From positions 11,130-43,129 of the forward strand of contig JBHLRO010000023.1 of the NCBI GenBank assembly GCA_048882505.1: a stretch of 32,000 bases of DNA. The letters are read 5' to 3'. Both the position numbers and the translations under genes were made by a program. Below are positions 9,992 to 18,440 of this stretch, piece after piece. The stretch comes from Candidatus Thorarchaeota archaeon. GTDB lineage: Archaea; Asgardarchaeota; Heimdallarchaeia; Hodarchaeales; Hodarchaeaceae. Positions within the stretch are counted from its first letter, which is position 1; the number at the start of each line of letters is the position of its first letter. The notes under the pieces are model-generated. The model ran no database searches. It worked only from the letters and a program-made list of their open reading frames with translations, and was not told where the DNA came from.

Positions 9992-10008
9992 AAAAAATCC
10001 CAATGATA

Positions 10009-10329
10009 TTATCTGGCTTGAAATGCGTCGTTTTTCTTTGGAAATATCGGGGAATGAATGACTCCTTCACGACTTCTTGCCATCATCGTCTCTACCTTCT
10101 CTCGCCACTTCAAATAGTGGGTGGTAGTTTTATGTTCTGCACTTGCGTCTTCGTCAGTGAAGACCTCATATAGGAAAAAACGGTTTGGATCAGTGTCACA
10201 CTCTAAGAAATCAAACCTAAGATTGTTCGGTTCCTCCGTACGTGTACTCTGGGCATTTTCTATTGTGGCAGTAATGAACTTGTCCCTATACTCTGGTTTG
10301 ATGTAAATAGTAACACAAGCAATAAACAT
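10009..10329 (-). CDS. ABM-family (antibiotic biosynthesis monooxygenase-like) protein, LsrG-like
   Basis: NLRFDFL...RFFLYEVF.DEDA..EHKTT.HY matches the LsrG/YgiN pattern. An AGGTGA ribosome-binding site lies just upstream of the ATG at 10329. Confidence 0.85.
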   Translation of the reverse strand: MFIACVTIYIKPEYRDKFITATIENAQSTRTEEPNNLRFDFLECDTDPNRFFLYEVFTDEDASAEHKTTTHYLKWREKVETMMARSREGVIHSPIFPKKNDAFQAR

Positions 10330-10455
10330 GAAATCACCTGGGATTTGATTGCTTCGTAAAGGCAAAATTGCAGATGTTCGGAGGGGTTTTAAAATTTTAA
10401 CCCATATAACAACTAGCCGACTGTTTAATCTATAGAAAGTTCAGGTGAAACCCAT

Positions 10456-10839
10456 ATGGTAAATGAGGACCTACTTCGCCAACTCTTCGTCAAGAAATCC
10501 CTTAAAAACAATCCAGATGGCTTTGAATGTCAGATGAAGAATTCCTTGAGCGATGCTACAATAGTGGCACCCCTCAAAATCGTTTTGAGTAGTGAGACAA
10601 TCGGTAAGGAGACGTACAAAGACTTTACGATTGAATTGGGAGAATCAACGATTCATAATCAAGAGATTTCTGAACAGAGGCCCGCTCCCTTTGTCGTTGG
10701 TAGTTTGGCGACCCTAAAATTCAAGCGTACAACCTCTTTGCCATCAGATAAGTATAAAATCAGATTTGTGAGACTTTTGACTGAAGAATACGGTGATATC
10801 CCCTTCACAATGAAGGAAAGAATCCGAGACAAGATCTAG
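10456..10839 (+). CDS. Hypothetical beta-rich protein, first gene of the PLP/kinase operon
   Basis: AGGTGA at 10443-10448 precedes the ATG, and the ORF is co-oriented with the next two genes. No confident family assignment. Confidence 0.75.
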   Translation: MVNEDLLRQLFVKKSLKNNPDGFECQMKNSLSDATIVAPLKIVLSSETIGKETYKDFTIELGESTIHNQEISEQRPAPFVVGSLATLKFKRTTSLPSDKYKIRFVRLLTEEYGDIPFTMKERIRDKI

Positions 10840-10879
10840 GGATTATCCATTCATTATTCAATGAGATAGGCGAGAATAG

Positions 10880-12247
10880 ATGCCCGATCAAGACCGACTC
10901 TTCTCAGACCAGGAAATCCTTTCCTGGATTAGTGATATATCAGAAAAGGAAATCAATAACGCTGCGAAACACAGTCTGGTCCCCTTTTATCCACAATTGC
11001 TAGTTTCTGGAACGGGGCCTTATCTAGAGGATAGAAGTGGAAAAGAATACCTTGACTGTACTTCCCAAGCTTGGACATGTAATATAGGATTTTCAAATCC
11101 TGATGTGGCGTTTGCAGTTAGTACGCAGTTAAAGAGGTTGATTCACGTCCGTTATGGTTTCCCGACGATCCCTAGACTTAAATTTATGGAGAAGTTCATT
11201 GAAATCACTCCTGAAAATCTCAATAAGATTGCGGTGAATGCTATGGGCGGGGGCGCATCCATCGAAGCCGCCTTGCGACTAGCCATGATTAATAAGCCAG
11301 GAACAGACCATTTTTACACCTATACTAGAGGTTATCATGGTGCATCGCTGGCCACCATGACTCTATCTACCCGTTTCTCAGGGGTAACAAGATTTAGACC
11401 ATGGGGATTTGATCGGGTTTCCAAGCTACCATATCCCTATTGTTATCGATGTCCTATGGGGCAGGAGGAGGAAAAGAAATGCCATTTAGAATGTCTCGAA
11501 ATGGCTAAGCATCTCATAGAGTATGGATCCAAAGATAGGGTATGCGGAATCCTTATGGAGCCTATGCAGGCCCCTGGAGGGCATATACCAACCCCAAAAA
11601 GGTATATGCAGGAACTCCGGAAATGGACAGAAAAACATGATATTCTTCTGATATGGGATGAAAGCCAGTTATTCACACGTATTGGCCATTGGTTCTCATC
11701 GGAATGGTATCAAGTTGTTCCTGACATTACCTGTATAACAAAAGCAATCGGTGGTGGCCTTCCTATGGGAGTGACAATAGCCCGAGACGATTTGAAAGGA
11801 TTTAATGCGGCCGAGGAACATAGTACCTTTGGAGGAAACCCTCTAATGTTTGCTTCCAGTTTGGTATTTCTCCATTACGTAGAAAAAGCTAATCTTCTTG
11901 AGAACGCTCGAAAACAAGGCGAATACATAACCTCGCGTCTTAAGGAATTACAGGAGAAATATGACGTGATCGGTGATGTTCGTTGTCCTGGATTATTTAT
12001 TGGAGTTGAATTAGTTAATGATCCTCAAACTAGGGAACCTGGGAATGGGCTGGCAACCGATCTAATAGAGGAAGCCATGACCCAAGGAGTGATATTTGGA
12101 CATATGGCTCCAATCAGTACTGATACTGGCAAATTATTCCGTAATGTTGTGAAAATCAAGCCCCCCTTAATTATCAACCGAGAGGAATCCGACCGGATTT
12201 TGGAAGTTTTTGAGAGTTCCTTAGAGGAAGCGATTGACTATATGTAG
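10880..12247 (+). CDS. Class-III PLP-dependent enzyme (GabT/AGXT2-like aminotransferase or phospho-lyase)
   Basis: G.YL.D..GKEYLD, GYHG, ILMEPMQ..GG, IWDESQ, PLP-lysine motif DITCITKAIGGGLPMG, STFGGNP, GDVRCPGLFIGVELV and KIKPPL. Confidence 0.9.
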   Translation: MPDQDRLFSDQEILSWISDISEKEINNAAKHSLVPFYPQLLVSGTGPYLEDRSGKEYLDCTSQAWTCNIGFSNPDVAFAVSTQLKRLIHVRYGFPTIPRLKFMEKFIEITPENLNKIAVNAMGGGASIEAALRLAMINKPGTDHFYTYTRGYHGASLATMTLSTRFSGVTRFRPWGFDRVSKLPYPYCYRCPMGQEEEKKCHLECLEMAKHLIEYGSKDRVCGILMEPMQAPGGHIPTPKRYMQELRKWTEKHDILLIWDESQLFTRIGHWFSSEWYQVVPDITCITKAIGGGLPMGVTIARDDLKGFNAAEEHSTFGGNPLMFASSLVFLHYVEKANLLENARKQGEYITSRLKELQEKYDVIGDVRCPGLFIGVELVNDPQTREPGNGLATDLIEEAMTQGVIFGHMAPISTDTGKLFRNVVKIKPPLIINREESDRILEVFESSLEEAIDYM

Positions 12248-12252
12248 GTTCG

Positions 12253-13872
12253 GTGAGCAATTGTATGAACGAAAATGGTGTTTTTCTAGCTTATGATTTA
12301 GGAACGACCGCAACGAAGTCCGTACTGGTTTCTAATGAGGGAAGATTTCTCCAATCGGAGGTCGAACAATATGAAACCTATTATCCGATGAAAGGATACG
12401 CAGAACATAATCCCGAGGACTGGATGCGGACTATAACTGCTACAACGAGACGTTTATTAGAAGATTCGGGAATAGGGCCCGAAAAAATTAAGGCGGTGAC
12501 ATTCTCAGCACAAATGCAAGGATTGCTCCCTATCAATCAAGATGGAATGCCGCTAACGAATTGTATGATCTGGCTAGATGCTAGGGGTGCTGAATTTATT
12601 AAAAAAATATGGCCCTGGCCAAGGATTATGGGCTATAATCCATATCGGTTATTTAGAAAATTCCTGAAGATAACTGGAGGGGCTCCTGGATTGTCAGGTA
12701 AGGATCAGATTCCAAAAATCATTTGGTTAAAAGAAAAGCACCCCGATATATATGAACAGACCTACAAGTTTCTTGATGTAAAGGACTATGTGATATACAG
12801 GCTAACTGGAGAAATTGCAATAAGTACTGACTGCGCATATGTTTGGTGGTTGATGGATACGCGTAAGGACAGATCAGGCAAGCCCAGAAATGAATGGTCC
12901 GAAACGTTGTGCAAGATGTATGGGATCGATACAGCAAAGCTGCCTGATATTCGAAGGCCCTCTGATCGGATTAGTGATAAAATACTCTCAAACGTTGCAG
13001 CTGATCTGGGATTATTGGAAAAAACACCTGTAATATGTGGAGCGGGCGATATGACGACAGCTGCCGTGAGCTCCGGGGCAGTTATGGATGGTGAGCTACA
13101 TTGTCAAATCGGGACTAGCGGTTGGGTCGCTGGACACGTTTCTAAACGTAAAGTGGATATCTCCCACTACACAGGGTGTGCAGGAAGCGCTTTTCCTGAT
13201 GATTATTATCTTGTGACCGGCCATCAGGAGATTGCGGGAGCCGCCCTTGAGTGGGTAAAGAACAAGATTCTATATTCAACCGATGAGCTTCGTCGAAGGG
13301 AATCTAAGGCAATCTACGAAATTTTTGATGAATTGGTTCAGGATTGCGAACCTGGGGCAAAAGGAGGCGGAGGAACGTATCTCATGTTCGTTCCCTGGCT
13401 TGCGGGGGAACGTAGTCCTCTGGATGATGAAAACGTTCGAGGCGGGCTTATTAATCTTTCTTTAGATCATGATCGAAGGCATATATTACGTGCCGTGTTT
13501 GAGGGGGTCGCCATGAACACCCGATGGGCATTAGAAACTGTCGAAAGCCTCTATAATCCTGTAACTTCGCTATCCATAATTGGAGGTGGAGCTAAGTCAA
13601 CAGTCTGGTGTCAGATATTCGCTGATGTCCTGAATCGAACGATCCATCGTGTCGAGGAACCTCAAGAAGCTGGTGCCATCGGTGCGGCTTTACTAGCAAA
13701 GATGGCCTTGGGAGATATTAAAGAAATCGCTGAAATCAAACAGTACTGCCATTACAAGGACAGTTTTACATCTAATCCGAAACATAGGGAGTTATATGAT
13801 AGACTCTTTGCCGAGTTCAAAAACCTGTATAAAAAAACCCGATCGTGGTTTGCTGGGATGAATGGGCATTAA
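12253..13872 (+). CDS. FGGY-family carbohydrate kinase (xylulokinase-like; substrate unknown)
   Basis: LAYDLGTTATK, WLDARG, KIIWLKE, GTSGW, PWLAGERSP, AVFEGVA and IIGGGAKS..WCQIFADVL. Confidence 0.92.
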   Translation: MSNCMNENGVFLAYDLGTTATKSVLVSNEGRFLQSEVEQYETYYPMKGYAEHNPEDWMRTITATTRRLLEDSGIGPEKIKAVTFSAQMQGLLPINQDGMPLTNCMIWLDARGAEFIKKIWPWPRIMGYNPYRLFRKFLKITGGAPGLSGKDQIPKIIWLKEKHPDIYEQTYKFLDVKDYVIYRLTGEIAISTDCAYVWWLMDTRKDRSGKPRNEWSETLCKMYGIDTAKLPDIRRPSDRISDKILSNVAADLGLLEKTPVICGAGDMTTAAVSSGAVMDGELHCQIGTSGWVAGHVSKRKVDISHYTGCAGSAFPDDYYLVTGHQEIAGAALEWVKNKILYSTDELRRRESKAIYEIFDELVQDCEPGAKGGGGTYLMFVPWLAGERSPLDDENVRGGLINLSLDHDRRHILRAVFEGVAMNTRWALETVESLYNPVTSLSIIGGGAKSTVWCQIFADVLNRTIHRVEEPQEAGAIGAALLAKMALGDIKEIAEIKQYCHYKDSFTSNPKHRELYDRLFAEFKNLYKKTRSWFAGMNGH

Positions 13873-13883
13873 ATTCAAAGTTG

Positions 13884-14936
13884 CTAATAACTTGAGGGAG
13901 TGGTTACAATACCAAAATCAGAAGGATATTTTAAGGTTAGATAGGTCTTTATTTCACTCTCGTCGATAAGTTCCATAACTTGAGAAGGAGAGGGGATTCT
14001 TACTCGAATCCAGTTCAGAAGGTCCTTCCCAATCTTAACACTCTTCCTGATGGAATCTGACTCATCGACAATCAATATCACAGAAAAGTCTGATTCTTCT
14101 ACTCTTACAAGTTTTAGATTATCAGATACTTCATTAGATCCTGCAATTTCGCTTTTTTTCATCAAAATTTCGCGTATTCCTGCTCCTAGTGACGCTTGCG
14201 CAAACATATTCACGGCCGAAAACATGCTTGTCAAGAGAGACGGGTCATAATCCGTTTTACCTTCAAGGGAGGCGCTACTGCCTACCATCAATCCTGAATC
14301 TGTCTGATAGACAACCACATTATGAATATTGACATTAGGAAGAATTATCTCTCCTGTTAACGTCTCGATTAGCCAATCGAAGGCCTGATATACATTCGAG
14401 CCCGTCTTGGCTGACATATGAAAAATGTTGACTGCTCTGAATCTTCCCTTGTTCTGAATCTCATATAAATCAAAATTATCAAGTAAAGTAACGTATGGAT
14501 CGACCCCGCTTAGGTCGGCCTTGTTTGCAGCAATGAGTAACACTGCGTTTTCCTTAATATAATCAAGGGCATCATACAAGGCTTCTTTGCTAGAATAGAA
14601 ACTTGCCGGATTGGATGTATCAATAACAAAAACGACCGCATCAGATAGTCGTAAATAATTTTCCCAGATCACACGAAAAGACTCTTGGCCTGCGAGATCG
14701 AATGCCTGAAAACGAACATCCCTATATGTGAAGCTGTCTACATTCAAGCCAAGGGTACGATGCTGGTTTGCGAAAAATTCGCCTGTCCGTAATCGATGTA
14801 GGATGGTGGTCTTCCCTGCAAACGCTTCGCCCACAAAAGTAATAGTAATCTGTTCTTCACGGGGAGTTTTTTCTTCTACTTCCGCCCCTTTCTTTTCTTT
14901 CTTATGCCTGCCTAGAAGTCTCTTTATGATAGACAT
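13884..14936 (-). CDS. Arf-like small GTPase with a C-terminal longin/roadblock-like domain
   Basis: G1 GEAFAGKTT, G2 RTLG, G3 DLAGQ followed by Arf-like FRVIWENY, G4 NKAD and G5 SAK. The ~150-aa C-terminal region has a beta-beta-alpha pattern (VVVYQTDSGLMVG...DPSLLTSMFSAVNMFA...FSVILIVD). An AGGAG RBS lies upstream. Confidence 0.88.
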   Translation of the reverse strand: MSIIKRLLGRHKKEKKGAEVEEKTPREEQITITFVGEAFAGKTTILHRLRTGEFFANQHRTLGLNVDSFTYRDVRFQAFDLAGQESFRVIWENYLRLSDAVVFVIDTSNPASFYSSKEALYDALDYIKENAVLLIAANKADLSGVDPYVTLLDNFDLYEIQNKGRFRAVNIFHMSAKTGSNVYQAFDWLIETLTGEIILPNVNIHNVVVYQTDSGLMVGSSASLEGKTDYDPSLLTSMFSAVNMFAQASLGAGIREILMKKSEIAGSNEVSDNLKLVRVEESDFSVILIVDESDSIRKSVKIGKDLLNWIRVRIPSPSQVMELIDESEIKTYLTLKYPSDFGIVTTPSSY

Positions 14937-15419
14937 ACATGAGTCTCCTTACATTAATCTAACGAACTACGGATTTCCGGCAACATTCAGGAGCGGAGAG
15001 AATTATTTCTTGTTGTGAAAGCGGTCGCCCGTTACGATATTCCCAGTTTTATAATAAAAGGCTATCTCGAGAATCCGTCCCATAGTTCGAAAAACTGATG
15101 GGAATAATCATTCAAAGGCTGGACAGAACATTAATGAGGATGAGGAATTAGATTAGGCTACTTGAGAAGAGAAAAATAGGATAGATTAGTTTTTATAACG
15201 GCCCTATAGAACGGTCAATGGCTGTTTTATTATTTCAATTAATTAAGTTTAATCTTACTATACCTGTAAATCTAGTAAGTGAGAAAAATATCTAGGGCAA
15301 AATAGAACTAGTAGTTCGACCAATGCCATTACTGGTCTGGATAAAGAATAACGAAGATAAATCCATAGGTTTTCTATGCGGAAAATCTTTCGATTGCTGA
15401 CTCACAAAGATTCCTGGAG

Positions 15420-16631
15420 TTAATAGGTCATCCACCACCCGATATTCAAGATCAGTCCAAACAATCCTGCCAAGATCATTGATATCACCCAAACAATCGG
15501 CTTTAGCTCGTGTTTTGCGATTGTAAACGCCAGAATAGGATACGTTGGAAAGGAGAAGGTGAGAAACCTTGCTAGATTTCTACCTGATGCGACGATACCT
15601 ACGCCAAGAAAACCACTGAAAAACAAAACGGCAAGGGATAGAAGGTTTTCCATTTCTGAAATCGAACTCATTTTGAATCGCTGATAAAACAAAATTAAAG
15701 AGGCAATTCCCAATCCAAGCGAAACCAGAACAGTACCAAACAATAAAAATTCAAACCATACATTTGAAGTCAACAACCAAGACAAATAGTCTGGAAACCA
15801 GGCAAATGGAAATGTTATGACCCCATTGGATGCATAGGGTTCCCAACCCTGGTATACAGAAATTTCACGCGTAAGAGGTAACCAGAAATTCCCAGAATAA
15901 AGCCAGGCGGCTATATAGGAGATGAACCCTATAACAAACATTGCACTTGTCACTATTATTCCCCAAAAGACTCCTCGCAGTGATAACAAGTCCTTCTTGA
16001 CATAATATAGAATTAGGATCAAGGTACCTAATACGAAAAAGGCCCCGTTATAACGTAAGGCGAATGTCATCGAGGCGCTAATTCCGGCAAAACCGAATTT
16101 TCCCCGATCCAAGAAATGCCAGGTTAATGATTGATAGAACAAAAAAAGTATTTCGGGAGCAGGTATAAGCAAATATGGGCTATAAAGAACCAAATCCGTT
16201 ATCAATATGAGGAGTATAGCTTGATCAAAATTAAGGTTCAACTTTTTTACATAGAGAGAGTATAAAAGGCAGAGACTAAAAAAAGAAGCGAAAAACTGTA
16301 CGATCAAGACCGAAATAGTCAAGGCATCTGCTATGGGTAAAAAAATCGACAGTAGCGCTAGTCCAGGGATGTAATGAAGACTCGTACCTAGCAATACGTG
16401 TGGGAACCAGGGAGGGTAATTTAGCGTGTTTGAAATATACAATTTAGAATCATTGTGAGACCCTGGGGCCCAAAATGAGGAAAGTAAATCTGTTTTGAAG
16501 AAAACAAGCGCCAAAAGATAAAGAAAAAGAAAGAAGAATGCATGAGAAAAAAAAATCACCCAATATGGCTTGGCTTCTAGAAATTGGATCCTATCGCGAA
16601 TTCTACCTGGTGTTTCGGTAAATTTTGACAC
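15420..16631 (-). CDS. Polytopic GT-C-superfamily glycosyltransferase (PIG-V/mannosyltransferase-like)
   Basis: About 10 hydrophobic segments, YPPWFP, PEILFLF (like the E-S/x-LF motif), ALRYNG (like the RxNG motif) and a late ARF motif. The assignment is by motif recall only. Confidence 0.6.
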   Translation of the reverse strand: MSKFTETPGRIRDRIQFLEAKPYWVIFFSHAFFFLFLYLLALVFFKTDLLSSFWAPGSHNDSKLYISNTLNYPPWFPHVLLGTSLHYIPGLALLSIFLPIADALTISVLIVQFFASFFSLCLLYSLYVKKLNLNFDQAILLILITDLVLYSPYLLIPAPEILFLFYQSLTWHFLDRGKFGFAGISASMTFALRYNGAFFVLGTLILILYYVKKDLLSLRGVFWGIIVTSAMFVIGFISYIAAWLYSGNFWLPLTREISVYQGWEPYASNGVITFPFAWFPDYLSWLLTSNVWFEFLLFGTVLVSLGLGIASLILFYQRFKMSSISEMENLLSLAVLFFSGFLGVGIVASGRNLARFLTFSFPTYPILAFTIAKHELKPIVWVISMILAGLFGLILNIGWWMTY

Positions 16632-16659
16632 TTTAAATCCCCCAATCAGCGTTTAATTC

Positions 16660-17721
16660 CTAGTGACTATCCAAGAAGTACGGAAGGTTTCGTGATCTCT
16701 GCTGTTCTTGCAAAGACAGTGTTTTTTTGTAATATTCTATCAAAGGAAGGTTAAGGCGTAAATCTCGAACGACAGATTCCAATACTTCCATGTTTTGCTT
16801 TTCCCTTTTTGAGAACTTAAAACCGCTTTTCTTATACAACTCCTCGGGAGGGGTCATATCAGTTAATTCCGCCAAAATTTTAACCGCTAATTCTAAGTGT
16901 GGTAACATAATGACTCGCGAAGGAACATACTTAGAACTAAGGATCTTTTCTGCCATCAGATTCTTCCGAGGAAACCTCTCATAACCATATCCTATTTTTC
17001 CCAAAATCCTTGCCGCAGCCAAGGTTGTTCCTGATCCCAAAAAGGGATCCAGAACTGTCACCCCTCCTGAAAGCATCATACACTTTATTGGAACTTCCAA
17101 AGGGAAGGGAGCATCATGTCCTTTCTTTATAGTTGCTCCCGTGGTTCGAGAATACGGGATAAACCATACGTTGCCAGCATCACGAAGATCCTCGTCACCA
17201 TAACGTCCAATATTCGATTTGTCGGCATATGGAATGCCAATTACTTTGGGATTTAACGTGTACTTCTTCCTATCTTTCACTAGGACGTAGATGTTCTCAA
17301 AAACGTTATTTAACCTTTTATTACCTCCTGAAGGAGTATAGTGCCCTTTCCCGAAAATAGATTTTATCCAAATAATGGTTTGAATCCGAATAAATCCAGA
17401 TTTAACTGCGAGCTCTACAACTCTTTCGCTAAGGCCTTGCGTTGAAGCTGAGTCCCCGATATTCAGGAAAAATACTCCAGATGATGAACAGACTCTGAAA
17501 CATTCATTCCACACATTGGTTAAAAACCCGAAATACTCATCCATAGGTCGATCATCATTGTAAGCGTGTCCCTTGTCATCTGAATAGATTTTAGAAAGAT
17601 TGTAAGGAGGAGAGGTTATGATCGTGGAAATTGAGTCCGATTTGATCTCGTTCATATTCTCTGAACTTTTGTAGTATACTGTTTGGCTATCAAACTTGTC
17701 AAACTCGGTCATCCAGACCAC
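16660..17721 (-). CDS. Beta-class amino (N4C/N6A) DNA methyltransferase, apparently orphan
   Basis: Catalytic TSPPY precedes SAM-binding VLDPFLGSGTT (beta order), with IIWIK and H.APFP also present. There is a ~90-aa C-terminal extension. The start may be the ATG at 17712. Confidence 0.9.
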   Translation of the reverse strand: MVWMTEFDKFDSQTVYYKSSENMNEIKSDSISTIITSPPYNLSKIYSDDKGHAYNDDRPMDEYFGFLTNVWNECFRVCSSSGVFFLNIGDSASTQGLSERVVELAVKSGFIRIQTIIWIKSIFGKGHYTPSGGNKRLNNVFENIYVLVKDRKKYTLNPKVIGIPYADKSNIGRYGDEDLRDAGNVWFIPYSRTTGATIKKGHDAPFPLEVPIKCMMLSGGVTVLDPFLGSGTTLAAARILGKIGYGYERFPRKNLMAEKILSSKYVPSRVIMLPHLELAVKILAELTDMTPPEELYKKSGFKFSKREKQNMEVLESVVRDLRLNLPLIEYYKKTLSLQEQQRSRNLPYFLDSH

Positions 17722-17847
17722 TGACTCTCAGATCATCGTTTGTGGTTTTATAGTTTTCTCATTCCTAAATTAAGGACTCGTCTCTGATCCTAGAAGTAAC
17801 GTCCCCCTCCCCTCGCTTTATCCCTTGATTTACTTCATGATGGCATC

Positions 17848-18279
17848 CTAAAACTTGTCTCTAATCATGATGAAATAGATGATAAGGAGAAATGTTACTA
17901 TTGGACCAACAAGGAAATCCCAGGCACCCACCTGAGCAGCGGTTAGGAGGAAATTAATGTCTAGAAGGTAACTGATACCATTCAGTACATAAAGCACCAA
18001 ATCGACCGCCCAGGCCCATTGTTTCATCATCCAAAGTCCCCTACCTATTAGAAATATCAGTAAACCAACAATGATAAAAACGATTCCAACGAATTGTATA
18101 ATGGCCCCGATAACAGTGAAGAAAGGTTCCCAGGCCGGAGGAAGATTGTCGAGGATTGCTTGGCCTACTGTAAAGATAAGGATGGTATATAGAACTCCAG
18201 CCAAAATTGCTAATGCACCAAACAGCATTTGGAGTACACTGATGATCGAAACTAGTAGTGGACGATCTTTCTTGGCCAT
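17848..18279 (-). CDS. Small four-TM membrane protein of unknown function
   Basis: Four hydrophobic helices, an RPLLV start and GRGLWMMKQWAW; a GAGGT RBS lies upstream. Confidence 0.8.
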   Translation of the reverse strand: MAKKDRPLLVSIISVLQMLFGALAILAGVLYTILIFTVGQAILDNLPPAWEPFFTVIGAIIQFVGIVFIIVGLLIFLIGRGLWMMKQWAWAVDLVLYVLNGISYLLDINFLLTAAQVGAWDFLVGPIVTFLLIIYFIMIRDKF

Positions 18280-18440
18280 CTTTATAGGACCTCACATGAT
18301 AACGGTTCAAAAGAACGCGAAAAATAACCAACTTCCTTTTACACTTAAGATTTTTCTTCCGTTTGTGTTATTACCTCCCACGTGGTTTTTTACCCTTTCT
18401 CGGAAAAAACCTTACTCCTGACCAAAATGATGGTGGAAGA

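Noticed and set aside
12253-13872. Naming the kinase lsrK or xylB
   Set aside because: The motifs identify only the FGGY family. No Lsr transporter, LsrF or xylose isomerase is present to fix the substrate.
15292-15492. 66-aa ORF downstream of the GT-C gene
   Set aside because: It overlaps the GT-C 3' end in another frame and has no RBS or recognisable motif.
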